Virus record (IMG/VR): IMGVR_UViG_3300031576_000021
Location: 24,218-88,217 of that record
Strand: one strand, 5' to 3'
DNA: 64,000 bases
Source: a virus
Of the stretch, positions 38,688-49,300 are shown piece by piece. Made by a program: the position numbers and the translations under genes. The notes beneath the pieces are model-generated. The model was not told the origin of the DNA and made no database searches. It saw nothing but the letters and a program-made list of their open reading frames with translations. Position 1 is the first letter of the stretch. Every line of letters begins with the position of its first letter.

Positions 38688-38967
38688 CGTGACGGCACAG
38701 GATGGCGTCGTGAACGCGCTGCACACGCTCGCGCAGCAGGTCGCCATTATGAACGAACGGCAGATAGCGTCGCAACGGACGCTCGACATGATCGTGCAGG
38801 TTGTGCAGGGGGCGCCCAACATTCCAGGGAGTGGGTTGACGGAACGGCTTGCTCGCGTCGAATCAAGCCAGGGCTACCATTGGTCGTTCGCTGGTGCGTT
38901 CATGACAGCGGTATTCACGCTTGCAGGTGTTCTGGGCGCTTCCCTGCTTGCGGGGCTGGCGCGCTGA
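38680..38967 (+). CDS. Holin-like protein (coiled coil plus C-terminal TM helix)
   Basis: GLTERLARVE followed by a hydrophobic tail. Confidence 0.5.
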   Translation: MPDVTAQDGVVNALHTLAQQVAIMNERQIASQRTLDMIVQVVQGAPNIPGSGLTERLARVESSQGYHWSFAGAFMTAVFTLAGVLGASLLAGLAR

Positions 38968-39244
38968 TATGTCGCGCGGCCATTCTTCCTCTTGCGAGCG
39001 CATCATTCAGTTGCTCAGCCGAGCATGAGAGGATGGGATGATGAGAGGAAACCTGGATAAAGGCCGCGACCAGAAGGCGCGGGAGATCGCCAAGCAAACA
39101 GCTAAACAGTATCGAGAGGATGGCATTGGCCGAGACATGCGCGCGTGACCCCGGGTTCTACGGCGGCACGTTCTGTATCCAGTGTCGCCAGCACTTGCCT
39201 GTTGCTGAGTTCACCTGGCTGGATAGCGACGAGGTCGTGGGCTC

Positions 39245-40072
39245 ATGATGGACGACGAACAGAGGGGGCAGAGGCGCATCGTCCTGGCCGCGATGCTGTT
39301 CTGCTTCGCGGTGTCCGGGCCGCCGCGAGCCTTCGGGCAAACGTTCGACTGCTCCGAACTGTTGGGGTTCAGCCAGACGGGACAATGGGCGCGCACACCC
39401 GAATTCCTCTCGCGGATCGACGACGCGCGGTGGCAGACGCGGATTGCTCCGTCGAAGCACCTGATAGCCATCGCCGACCCGAACGATTCGATCTGGACGA
39501 TGCAACCGCAATCCCCGTGTGCGAACGGCAGCCTCTCGCCGGATCGGATGATCCTCACCGCGACACTCAACTACTTCGCCACCTCCGACGTAGACGTGGT
39601 AGCGCGGCTCCGCGCGGCCATCGTCACCATCCGACAGCAGCGGCCGAACGCGCGCGCGATCGCCTTGCAGCCCGTCGTCGGCGGGCCGGATGATGCGCTC
39701 TGCGGCTCAGGGACGAGTCGGGTGCGGGCGGCGTGGAATCATCCGTTCCTCGACCGAGCAATCGCGACGGTGCTCGGGGATGCCTTCGACCTCATCGCCG
39801 GGCCGTCCCCGCATGTGCGCACGTGTGCGGACTACTCGGACACGACCGGGCATCTCGACCCGCTGCCGTCGTTCGCGCGTGGGTACGTGGGCGGGTACGT
39901 TGGCGCGTGGTTTGCTGAGCCCCCGGGCACGACGACGTCGACGCTGATGCCAACGCCAACGACGGCGCCGGGCGCGTGCAAGACGTTCGGGCAGGACTGT
40001 TCCGTTATCCCGTGTTGTGCCGGATCGGGATTTTGCACGCCCGTGTCGCCAAGGGACGTTCGGTGTCGGTAA
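39245..40072 (+). CDS. Exported protein with Thr linker and 6-Cys C-terminal module, possibly SGNH-like
   Basis: Signal-like N-terminus; LLGFSQT, DTTGH; C..C..CC..C..C tail. Confidence 0.6.
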   Translation: MMDDEQRGQRRIVLAAMLFCFAVSGPPRAFGQTFDCSELLGFSQTGQWARTPEFLSRIDDARWQTRIAPSKHLIAIADPNDSIWTMQPQSPCANGSLSPDRMILTATLNYFATSDVDVVARLRAAIVTIRQQRPNARAIALQPVVGGPDDALCGSGTSRVRAAWNHPFLDRAIATVLGDAFDLIAGPSPHVRTCADYSDTTGHLDPLPSFARGYVGGYVGAWFAEPPGTTTSTLMPTPTTAPGACKTFGQDCSVIPCCAGSGFCTPVSPRDVRCR

Positions 40073-40080
40073 ACGTAGGA

Positions 40081-40401
40081 GTGGCTCGATGGCTCGTCCT
40101 GGCCTGGCTAGCGGGATGCACGATCGTCGTCGTCCGCCCGGACGAGACGCCGATGATTCGCAGCCTCATGCTGGGGAACGGGCACGTCTCGATCTGTAAG
40201 CCGGGCGGCGTGATCATCCGGACTCGCTCGGGGCTCGCCCGGCCGCCCGACGCCGAGACTCCAGTCGGCGCGGACGTGCTCGACGTCTCCGTGGCCGGCG
40301 AGTGCATCGAGATGACCGGCGCCTCGACCTCCGGCAATCTCGTCATCGCGATCGGGTTGATCGTAGCGGCGGCAGCGAGCGTAGTGGCCATCCTAGCGTG
40401 A
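40081..40401 (+). CDS. Lipoprotein with C-terminal TM helix (unimolecular-spanin-like architecture)
   Basis: AGGA then GTG; lipobox LAGC; hydrophobic C-terminus. Confidence 0.45.
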   Translation: MARWLVLAWLAGCTIVVVRPDETPMIRSLMLGNGHVSICKPGGVIIRTRSGLARPPDAETPVGADVLDVSVAGECIEMTGASTSGNLVIAIGLIVAAAASVVAILA

Positions 40402-40419
40402 AATGCGCTAAGACGACAC

Positions 40420-41193
40420 ATGGGGCGCCCCTCGGCCAAACCGAACAGCAGAGAATCTGGCGAGGTGAAGTGCCTGCGGCCGGAGTGCGAGCGCGGGCAG
40501 TATCAACGCGGGCTCTGCAAGAATGACCACGACACCGCGTCCCGCATGGTGCGCCATGGCGATCTCACGTGGGCGGCGCTAGAGGCCGCGGGCAAGGCCC
40601 TCCCGTTCAAGCGGAGCGGGCCCAAGCCGTCGCCCACCCAGAAGTGGTTGCTCGATGGCGTCGACTTCGACGGCTGCGGCCAGAACATGAGGGACGCGGT
40701 CGACGTGGCGGTGGGCGCTGGGATGCCACCCGTCGAGGTGTGGGCCACCGTGCTGCGCGGCTTCTCGAAAGCCGGCGCGTCGAAGTCGATCAGTTGGTCG
40801 CTGGCGCGGCTGCGAGACCGAGGAGTACAGCCCCTCTGTAAGTGCGGGCGCCAGTACGCCGAACACCCGTGCGTCCGGGAGTGCGAGAAGCCGGCTGATC
40901 AGAGGAAACGCGCCCCGGGTTCCGAGGTGAGCCCGCAACCTGCCCAAGTTCGCAAACTGACGCCCGTGCTTGACTCCACGGGCTCCACCACGGCCATCAC
41001 AAACGCGGTGCGGCTCGGCATGCCGCTGGAGGAGGTCATGCGGACGCTCAGGGCGGATCGGCGCGCGATCCTGCGTGCCGTGGAAGCCGTGACACAGGAA
41101 CAGGGCGGCGGCATGCTGAAATGTCGCTGCTCGCTGGAGTACGGTCACGTGCGGGCGTGCCTGCCTCCCAAACAAGCGGCGGCGAAGTGCTGA
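40420..41193 (+). CDS. Multi Zn-finger hypothetical protein
   Basis: CxxxxC..RGLC; two CxCx6-7HxxC-type modules. Confidence 0.55.
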   Translation: MGRPSAKPNSRESGEVKCLRPECERGQYQRGLCKNDHDTASRMVRHGDLTWAALEAAGKALPFKRSGPKPSPTQKWLLDGVDFDGCGQNMRDAVDVAVGAGMPPVEVWATVLRGFSKAGASKSISWSLARLRDRGVQPLCKCGRQYAEHPCVRECEKPADQRKRAPGSEVSPQPAQVRKLTPVLDSTGSTTAITNAVRLGMPLEEVMRTLRADRRAILRAVEAVTQEQGGGMLKCRCSLEYGHVRACLPPKQAAAKC

Positions 41194-41446
41194 CCGACGC
41201 CCAGATGGCGCGCGTCATTGCGCTGACCCGCACGTTGGAAGTCGCGTGCCCAGACGACGTCGATCTACGTAAGGCGCTGCTCGGCGCGGCGATCCTCGGA
41301 CTCAACCATCTCGTGGACTGCGCCCCGTCATTAGCCGTACGGGCTGCGGCGCTGCTCGATGCCCTCCTCGCCGAGAACGTGGGACTGCGGATTGAACCGC
41401 CGTCCCGATAGCAGTAACCAGTGACTGGAAGAGGAGGAGCGGGCAC

Positions 41447-41857
41447 ATGGCGAAGCAATGGATGAAAGTGGTGGCACTGGTCGCGACGCTCAGCGGATGC
41501 GCGCTGCTCCAGCCGGGCAGAGATCCCGCCGATGCGCAGGCGGCCGGGCTGGACGCCGGCACGCTCGTCTGCGCCGTGCTGATAGGGGAGGCACCCGAGC
41601 TGCGTTCCCAGGTGGAAGCGGCCATCACACGGGCGAGTAAGGTGCTCGCGGCCCCGGACATCACCGGCGCGGCCGTGGTGGAGGCGCTGAGCGAGATTCG
41701 CGATTGGCGGTGGCGGATCTACGCGCAGTCCGCGGTGCGCATACTCTTGCGCCGGATGACTGGGGCCGGGCTCGACGTGACGCTTCCACCGAACTCTCCC
41801 GCAGTAGTCGGGGCCAAGGCATTCTTCACGGCGTGTTCACGGATAGTGGCGGCGTGA
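41447..41857 (+). CDS. Lipoprotein
   Basis: GAGGAG RBS; lipobox LSGC. Confidence 0.7.
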   Translation: MAKQWMKVVALVATLSGCALLQPGRDPADAQAAGLDAGTLVCAVLIGEAPELRSQVEAAITRASKVLAAPDITGAAVVEALSEIRDWRWRIYAQSAVRILLRRMTGAGLDVTLPPNSPAVVGAKAFFTACSRIVAA

Positions 41858-41934
41858 GGGCTGGGCGCGTCGGCTAGCCGATCAGGCGATCCGAGCCCTG
41901 ACCGACTAAGCCCCGGTTTCTCTAGGCCAACACG

Positions 41935-41955
41935 AAAAGGAGCCGCGCGGCTCCC
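41935..41955 (-). terminator. Intrinsic terminator for the minus-strand gene
   Basis: GGAGCCG-hairpin-CGGCTCC followed by TTTT on the minus strand, directly after the stop. Confidence 0.6.
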
Positions 41956-42266
41956 TACGTCTGCTCGCGAACGGAGAGGCGGACATCCTCTTCGAGCCGG
42001 CGGGCACTCGATGTGATCACGCGGAAGCGGAGCATGTAGTCGACCTCGTCGCTGCCGGCCTGCACCCAGCAGGTGGCAACGGTCCCCGAGACAGAGGGAG
42101 CCGGGCTGGCCTTGACGATGGTGCTGGTGATGACACTATCGTCCCGGCGATCGGTCGCGACGACCTCGATAGGGGCCACCAGGATCTCCCCGGTGGCGAG
42201 GCGGTCCACGAAATCGACATCGATCGGAAACTCTTCCCACGTCTGTTTCGTGATCGGGCCGAGCAT
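41955..42266 (-). CDS. Phage tail-fibre adaptor-like protein (gp77-like)
   Basis: KQxxExxxIDVDF..L..GE...WVQAG.D...Y.L...V.TS..R.LE. Confidence 0.6.
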   Translation of the reverse strand: MLGPITKQTWEEFPIDVDFVDRLATGEILVAPIEVVATDRRDDSVITSTIVKASPAPSVSGTVATCWVQAGSDEVDYMLRFRVITSSARRLEEDVRLSVREQT

Positions 42267-42391
42267 GGGGGTTCCCTGGCATGGGTGTGGCAAGGTTGCA
42301 AGCGTCCTGCGCCGTTGGTATGCGGAGTCAGCCGGAGGAGGTGGAGCGCGTGAGGCATGGTGGATCGTTGGCGTCGGTCCGGTAGCGCGCC

Positions 42392-42853
42392 ATGTTCGCG
42401 CTCGACTACGCCGGGCTCACGACCGCGCGCTACCTCGGCGCGGCGCTTCCCGATGCCGCCGAGACTGCCTTGGCGTGGCGGATCGTCCGGCTCACGTTCG
42501 CAGGCGACGTACTCAGCGCGACCGAGTGGGCCGATGGGGACGACAACCTCGACAACCGCTGGGATCTCCGCGCGACGCTCACCTACGTGGCCAACAGCAA
42601 GCTCAGCTTCGTGATGTTCGGCATTCTCGATATCGTACCCGCGGGGACGCGCCCGGGAACGGCGTTCACCTGCGGCGCGGACGTCGGCGCGTTGAAGCAC
42701 GAGGTGTCGCTCTTCGGCATCGCGCAGCGCCGGCTCTCCAGCGGCTCGCCCGGAGCCAACGAGTACCTGCTGGCGGCGGGCGCGACGGGCCCGCTCACCA
42801 TGGGCAACACCATTGCGGCGGCGCATCAGCCGATCGTGCGGGTGTTCCTCTGA
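42392..42853 (+). CDS. Putative virion structural protein
   Basis: YLGAALP...AWRIVRL...WADG...DNRWDLRATLTY phage motif. Confidence 0.55.
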   Translation: MFALDYAGLTTARYLGAALPDAAETALAWRIVRLTFAGDVLSATEWADGDDNLDNRWDLRATLTYVANSKLSFVMFGILDIVPAGTRPGTAFTCGADVGALKHEVSLFGIAQRRLSSGSPGANEYLLAAGATGPLTMGNTIAAAHQPIVRVFL

Positions 42854-43326
42854 AGCGGCTTGCTGCGGCGCTGGTGCTCGCGTTGCTGCCGGCGGTCGTG
42901 CGGGCCGATCTCATCCCCTGTGACCAGCTCGCCGAATGCTACCAGGCATCGATCCCGCTGCGTTCGTCCATGCCCTTCGATGGCACGTTGACGGTGTACC
43001 TAGTGCCGGGATCTGGGTTGCATGCGACTGAGTCGCAGATCCGGATGCCCTTCCTGAACGGGGCGACGCTGGCCAGCCTGGCCTGCCGCATGAGCGACAC
43101 CACCGGGGCACAGACCGTGACGCTGCGGGCGCGGACGGGGGTCTGTACGGCGGCCTTGATCGACAGTGCCTTCGTCTGCCAGGTGGGCGCCGGACAGCAG
43201 CAATGTGATACAGGGGCGCTGGTGCTATCGATCGCTGCCGGGGAATGTCTGGCGTTCCGTTTGCAGAGCACGGGGGCCTTGCCAGGGGACCGATGGATCG
43301 ACTGCTCCTTGGAGCGGATATCATGA
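42850..43326 (+). CDS. Exported Cys-rich beta protein, probable CTG start
   Basis: CTGA overlap with upstream stop; signal peptide KRLAAALVLALLPAVVRA. Confidence 0.55.
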   Translation: MKRLAAALVLALLPAVVRADLIPCDQLAECYQASIPLRSSMPFDGTLTVYLVPGSGLHATESQIRMPFLNGATLASLACRMSDTTGAQTVTLRARTGVCTAALIDSAFVCQVGAGQQQCDTGALVLSIAAGECLAFRLQSTGALPGDRWIDCSLERIS

Positions 43327-43718
43327 GGGCGCTCCTCTTGCTGCTGTGCCTGAGCACCCTCGTACAGGCGCGGTCACTCACGGCCCGCGAGCGCAGCATG
43401 CTCCGCATGCGGGGGGACCCGATCCGCTGCGGCAAGGTGCTCGTGCATGAACTGCTGGCAGCGGGGCCACAGCAGCGCGTCACGTTGCAGCCGGAGCTGC
43501 TCGGCTGCTCGGACATGGTGCTCCCGCGTGGGTATCGGGTGGAGGAGCGAGACGGGCGGAAGACGATTTGGCATGGGACGCAGGTCCTGGCGGTGCTGGT
43601 CGACGGTCCCCGGGACACACGCCCCCCGGACCCCGAGCCGGTGACTGAGCCGGCACGGGACGCCCTACGGGATGCGTTTAGTCGGGCAGGGCTTTCGATG
43701 ATAGTAGTCTCGCAATGA
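43323..43718 (+). CDS. Exported hypothetical protein
   Basis: Signal peptide MRALLLLLCLSTLVQA. Confidence 0.55.
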   Translation: MRALLLLLCLSTLVQARSLTARERSMLRMRGDPIRCGKVLVHELLAAGPQQRVTLQPELLGCSDMVLPRGYRVEERDGRKTIWHGTQVLAVLVDGPRDTRPPDPEPVTEPARDALRDAFSRAGLSMIVVSQ

Positions 43719-43756
43719 TGGTGGCACCGCGCGTGGCGCGGATGAAGGGGTTGGGC

Positions 43757-44644
43757 ATGAAGAATCTACGGTGGATGGTCGTGGTGGCGGTGGCCCTGTG
43801 CGTTGGCGGCAGGGCGCTAGCGGATTCCGGCGACGGCAACCACATCACGGTGCGGAACGGCACGTATGCGTTCACGGGCCTGGTGCTGTCGTCCGAAGGT
43901 GGCACGGGGGCGAACAACACGGCGACAGCTGATCGCTACTTAAAGGGGAACGGGACGAATTTTCTCACGTCGGCCGGCGCGGCCGCGGGGACGGGCACGT
44001 GTACGAACCAGTTTGCTCGGGCGCTGAACTCGGACGCCGCCCCGACCTGTGCGACCGTGTCGTTGACGGCCGATGTGACCGGCCTGCTTCCCTTGGCGAA
44101 CGGCGGCACCGCCAAACTCTTGGTGGCGGCTAACGGGCAGGTGGCGTACTCGGATGCGGATTCACTCGAACTGACGACGAGTGGTACGACGGGGCAATGC
44201 CTGAAGTTCAATAGCGCGGCGGCGCCGACCTGGGGCACGTGTAGCACGGCGCCATCTCCCATCCAGGCGCTCGGCGGCCGAATGGACATCACGACGACGC
44301 AGACGGTCTTTCTGTCGGCGGGTGGCGGGATGGACACGACCGAGGCGATCGTCACCACGCCGTACCCGGCGGCGACGCTTGCGAATCTCCGCTGCAACAA
44401 CACGGCGATTCAGGGGACGGCCAACAATATCGTCATCACGGGGCGCGTGGGCGCGTGCGGCACGCCGGCGGATGGGACACTGACGTGTACGATCACGGGG
44501 ACGACGGGCGCGAACCAATCGTGCAGCGACCTCGTGAACAGTCTGGCGCCCACGGCGGGGCAGTGCGTCTCGCTCAAGGTGGTGACGCCTGCGGCCATGA
44601 CGGCGAATGCCCGCGTGGCGTGTACCTGGCAGATCACGGCCTAA
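43757..44644 (+). CDS. Tail-fibre-like protein with signal peptide and paired Cys
   Basis: Signal ending ALA; DVTGLLPLANGGT and GTTGQxL...PTW fibre repeats. Confidence 0.65.
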   Translation: MKNLRWMVVVAVALCVGGRALADSGDGNHITVRNGTYAFTGLVLSSEGGTGANNTATADRYLKGNGTNFLTSAGAAAGTGTCTNQFARALNSDAAPTCATVSLTADVTGLLPLANGGTAKLLVAANGQVAYSDADSLELTTSGTTGQCLKFNSAAAPTWGTCSTAPSPIQALGGRMDITTTQTVFLSAGGGMDTTEAIVTTPYPAATLANLRCNNTAIQGTANNIVITGRVGACGTPADGTLTCTITGTTGANQSCSDLVNSLAPTAGQCVSLKVVTPAAMTANARVACTWQITA

Positions 44645-44653
44645 GTGATCGGC

Positions 44654-46297
44654 ATGCGGCGAGCGCTTCTCGTTCTGCTGATGAGTCTCCTGGTCGGCGT
44701 GGCCGCCGCCGATCAGGGGACCGCGCCGTTGCAGTTGCGGAACGGGGTGACATCCCAGATCCCCGGCACCGCGAATCAGCAAGGGTGGCTGTGGAACAGC
44801 GCCCTCTCGCAGTACGAGCTGGTGCAGTGGTCGCTGAGTGACTTCCTCGCCGACTTCGGCACGGACCTCGTCATACTACCCCCGGACGTCAACCGCGGTG
44901 GGGGCGAAATCGGTAACGTATCGACCGAGCTAGCCGGGAGCACGGGGGCACCGGCCGGGAGCTGTTCCCCGGGACAAATCCACATCAACCGGAACACGGG
45001 CCTGACGGGCGAGGAGCGACGGCAGCGGGTGTGGATCTGCTGTCATACCGATACGTGGTGCCAGCTCGGCGGGCTGCTCGCGAGTGGCCTGGCGGGAGGG
45101 CAAACGCTCAACGGCGGGACGGCGGCAGCGGATGGGCTGACCCTGGAGCCGTCTACCAGCACGGCCCCGACCACGACGGGCCTCATTACGCTGTGTGCTG
45201 CCAATCGGACGTTGGACGCCAACACGGAAGGCTGTGCGCGGCTGATGCCAGGTACGATCACGCTGACGGGCGCGGTCAATATGGATGGGCTGGTCATTGG
45301 CGGCGCGTCGGCGGTCGTGACGAGCGATGCGAATACCTTGGCGGACATCGCCCCCCTGCGGATGGAGTACACGCATCGAACGACCGGGACGGGATTCAAC
45401 TTCGGGCACTTCGATCGGCCGTATGGGCTCTCGTTGCTGCTCGACAACCAGAACAGCAATGCGACGGGGCCAGCGTACGGGGGGGTGCAGCCGTACCGGG
45501 CGGTGGTCTCGTGCCAGAAATCGGGAGCGGGCACGAACTTCACCGCGACCCCCATCGAGCGCGCGAAAGTCGGCACGATCGGTGTCGGCTGCACCCATGC
45601 GGATTGGTATGTCGGGGGCAACGCCGACATGACGGGGACGAACAACGGGACGATCACGCGCCTCTGGGGGTGGCACGCGAACGCGCCGACGATCGGCACC
45701 GACCGCTACCAGTTCGGCGCGACGGAGCACACGCTAACGGCTGGGGCCGTGCCAGCAGGCGAAGTGATCTGGGGCGGGGAGACAGGCAACCCGGGGCGTT
45801 TTGCCACGATCAACGAGAACGAAGGCCGGTTCTATCCTGGCCCGGAGCAGAGCTGGACGGGCTCGACCAACGGGACGCTCGCGGCGGATACGACGACGCG
45901 ATTTTTCCCGATCAACGGTCGGGCTGTGGTCGACACGGCAGGGGGTGCGGGCAACGGGGCTTCTGCGACTGAGGCAGACCACGACATCGCGGCCCCGTGC
46001 GCGGCGAAGATTCACCGGATGGCGTGCGCCGTCAACGCGGCGCCGACGAGCACGCATTCGCGGACGTTCACGGTCCGTGAAGCGGCGGCCGATACCGCCG
46101 CGCCCGTGGCCTGCACCATCACCGGGACCGCAACGACCTGTTCGTGGTGTGAGACGAGCACGGCCGGCTGCTCCACGACGGGCGCGAAAGAGACCATAGC
46201 GGCCGGAGCAATGCTTACCCTCAAGTCGACGGCGACGGGCACACCGGCGGCGTCGGACGCGAGCTGCGTCATCCACTACACCTGCGACGTGTGGTGA
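44654..46297 (+). CDS. Fibre/spike-like protein with signal peptide and paired Cys
   Basis: Signal ending AAA; GGQTLNGGTAA..LTL motif; G/T/A-rich; Cys-rich C-terminal domain. Confidence 0.65.
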   Translation: MRRALLVLLMSLLVGVAAADQGTAPLQLRNGVTSQIPGTANQQGWLWNSALSQYELVQWSLSDFLADFGTDLVILPPDVNRGGGEIGNVSTELAGSTGAPAGSCSPGQIHINRNTGLTGEERRQRVWICCHTDTWCQLGGLLASGLAGGQTLNGGTAAADGLTLEPSTSTAPTTTGLITLCAANRTLDANTEGCARLMPGTITLTGAVNMDGLVIGGASAVVTSDANTLADIAPLRMEYTHRTTGTGFNFGHFDRPYGLSLLLDNQNSNATGPAYGGVQPYRAVVSCQKSGAGTNFTATPIERAKVGTIGVGCTHADWYVGGNADMTGTNNGTITRLWGWHANAPTIGTDRYQFGATEHTLTAGAVPAGEVIWGGETGNPGRFATINENEGRFYPGPEQSWTGSTNGTLAADTTTRFFPINGRAVVDTAGGAGNGASATEADHDIAAPCAAKIHRMACAVNAAPTSTHSRTFTVREAAADTAAPVACTITGTATTCSWCETSTAGCSTTGAKETIAAGAMLTLKSTATGTPAASDASCVIHYTCDVW

Positions 46298-46302
46298 TCG
46301 GC

Positions 46303-49300
46303 ATGCGGTGGTTGCTCGCCTGCCTCGTACTCTGGTCGCGGCTGGTCGGCGCACAGACCGTGTCGATGATTTCCGACATCGAGACGGCGCGGAATGCGCC
46401 GACGACATCGTTCGAGTTCCGCGAAGCCGGAACGGTGGCCTCGGTGGCGTTGATCCAAGGGGGCCGCTGCTACGATGCGAGCAATGGCGGGGCGGCCACG
46501 TCGTTCAACTGCCTCTCGTTTACGCCGGCTGCCTCGCAAACAACCCATGCCGTTCCTCAAGCGCGCGAAGATGTCGACATTGATCTCAACCTCAACACCG
46601 ACTTCGCGGTCCTGACCTTTGCCTTCCATCCGCAGACTCCGCCCGCGACGGGATCCGTCACGCTGGCCGAATGGGACATGGGGACCACGAACGCTGGCGG
46701 GCAGGCCGGGGGCGTGCTGCTCTGGAATAGCGACCGAACGGTCACGTTGACACTCGGCGGCACGACGATCGGCACCACGGTGCCGCTGCGCGAACGGCAA
46801 TGTACGGGCCTCCCCTTCCAGACGTGTGACGGCACGGCCGGGCAGTGTCCATCGACGTGCGAGACCTGCAACGGGACGACGGGCGCGGGCTGCGCGTGGG
46901 TGTTCTTCGAATTGATCCAGCGGAACACGTTTGGGTTGGGCTCGGAGACCGTCACACTCGACCTGTGGCTGAACGGCGAGCACCTGATCGACGCCGTCTC
47001 GACCGCGTTCTCCATGACCGCCGGGACGAAAATTCGGCGGCCGGTGCTCGGGACCAAGACCACGGTGACTTCGGCGAGTGCAACGTGGCTGGTCGACGCC
47101 GTCCGGATCGGCACGGGCGACGGCACGCTCACGGCGGCCGATGCGCGGCTCGGGTGGGGACCGATCTACACGCTGCATCCGACCGGCCAAGAAGCCGAGA
47201 CGAACATGGCGGCCAACGCGTGTGCGTCGACCGCCGCCTGGACCTGCCTGGACGACTGGACCGGCGGTGCGGCCTACGGCACGGCGGGGAGCGGCACGGG
47301 CGACACCGCGCGGCTCCGCGAAGAGAACGACGTGGGCCTCTTCACCTTCAGCACGGCGACCATCACGAATCCAACGGCCGTCGGCACGGTCGTGGTGGGG
47401 CGCACGAGCACGGACAACTTCACGTTCACGTTCGACCAGGCGGATGCGGAGTGCCCTGGCTGCTCCATCGGCCCGCCGACGGCCAGCGCAACGCTGGATG
47501 ACTCCACGACGCATCTCGCGTGGTTCGTGGAGGCGCGGCGCACCGGCCCCACGGGGCCGTGGACGCAGACGCGGATCGACAACTACGCCAGCCGCTTGCG
47601 CCACCTGACGGAAACCGTCGACAACGCCTTCTTGCGGGTGGGGGCGCTGCTGGCCTACGTCGCGCACTCCAACCCCGATGTGGTGCAACCGTCGAACATC
47701 CCCGACCGGAACGGCGACGGCACGAAGATGGTGTGCGGCATTGCGAACTCGCTTGGGGCGGGCACCTTCTCGTTCGTCTGCAAGACCGATAGCGCCGTCG
47801 CGTGCACCCAAGACGACTACGCGGAATGGGACAGCACGAAGGACAAGCCGCTCGGCGGGTGCGACGGAGACGATACCGTGACGCGCACGTGTACGTTGCG
47901 GCGGGCCGAAGCGAATGGTGGCGCGGGCTACGTCTGCACGGGCACGGCCCCGTTTGCCTGTGGCGACGGGAGTTGTACCGACAACGTCTGCGACAACAAT
48001 CAGGGCGTGTTCTGCGACGACAATTTCGACTGCGATGGCTTGGGGTCGTGTCCGGCGGCCGCGGATGCCGAGTGCGTGCCAACCTGTCCCGAAGCGGACG
48101 GGACGACTAACTACGATCGAACCTGCACGACCGACGCGAATTGCCTCGCCAATGAACGCTGCGCGTCGGTGCATGGGAGCCTGAAGTGCATCGGCGACTG
48201 TCCCGAAACCGGCCTGGCATCGTGGACGCTTCAGCTCTGCGGACAACTCCCGCCGGATACCGTGTGCGCCAGCTTCGCGCAGGGCAGTGAGCGGTTCCCC
48301 GAGTACGTGCTGAACCGCCATGCGCGGGTGCGGCTCGGGAAGCTCCAGGGCGCGGACACGCTCGTGCGCGGGACCGGCCAGTGTACGTGTACGGTCAACG
48401 GCGACTGCCCGGGCGGTGGGACGTGCACGAGTGGCGTGTGCGTCGGGGGGACCGCCTGCACCGACGGAGACAACTGCCCGACAGGCACCTGCGATGCGCC
48501 CGACTGCGACGTCATGGTGTTCGAGGACGGCACGAACGATTCCTCCGATGCCGACCACGATCCGCAGTGTCGGGTAAAGCGGGATTACGCAGGGGCTCCG
48601 TACGTCCTCCCGGCCTGCCAGGCATGGTGCGCGACGGAGACGACTTGCGACGATCACGGCGACTGCACGGCGGTCAACGGGCCGGATGCGCTGTGTCGCG
48701 GAGATATCGTCGGCGGCATCAGTACGAACAACGGCGTGCATGGCACGACGGGGAACGCCTGCCACGTTGTGACCGAGTGCGTCTCGAATATCTGCTGGGA
48801 CGCCGATGCGGACAGCTTGGGAGGGCGCTATCATCTGGGCCTGTGTGGCTGCACCGTGGATACCGAATGCCCCACGGGCCATGTCTGTCGCGACGCCGAT
48901 CTCGGCACCGGGGGCACGCAAGGGATCTGCCGGAAGTCCTGCACGAGTAACCCCGACTGTGGGTCCGGCTCCTGTGTGACTAACGTCTGCCTCGGCACCT
49001 GTTCGTGTCCCTGCTCGGCCAAGATGTGCAGTGAGGGCACGCCGTGCCCGACGATCACCGCGGTGACGGATGCCTTCGGCTGGGTGACGGCACAGACGGG
49101 TGAGTGCATCGCCGGCCGCTGTGCCAACTGCGGCGAGTCGCTCTGCGAACTCGGCCCGACCCAGGCGGTGAAAAACGCGGGGCGGAAGCGCACGCTGGCA
49201 CTCCACCGGGCGGCGATCAAGCTCGTCGAGCAAGAACCGGACGCGACCGATCCCATGCTCGTGTTCGCGACGACGCCGCTGTTGAGTCTGACGCGGCCGA

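Noticed and set aside
39120-39248. 42-aa ORF AETCARDPGFYGGTFCIQC...
   Set aside because: Looks like the C-terminal remnant of a phage protein; too short to call
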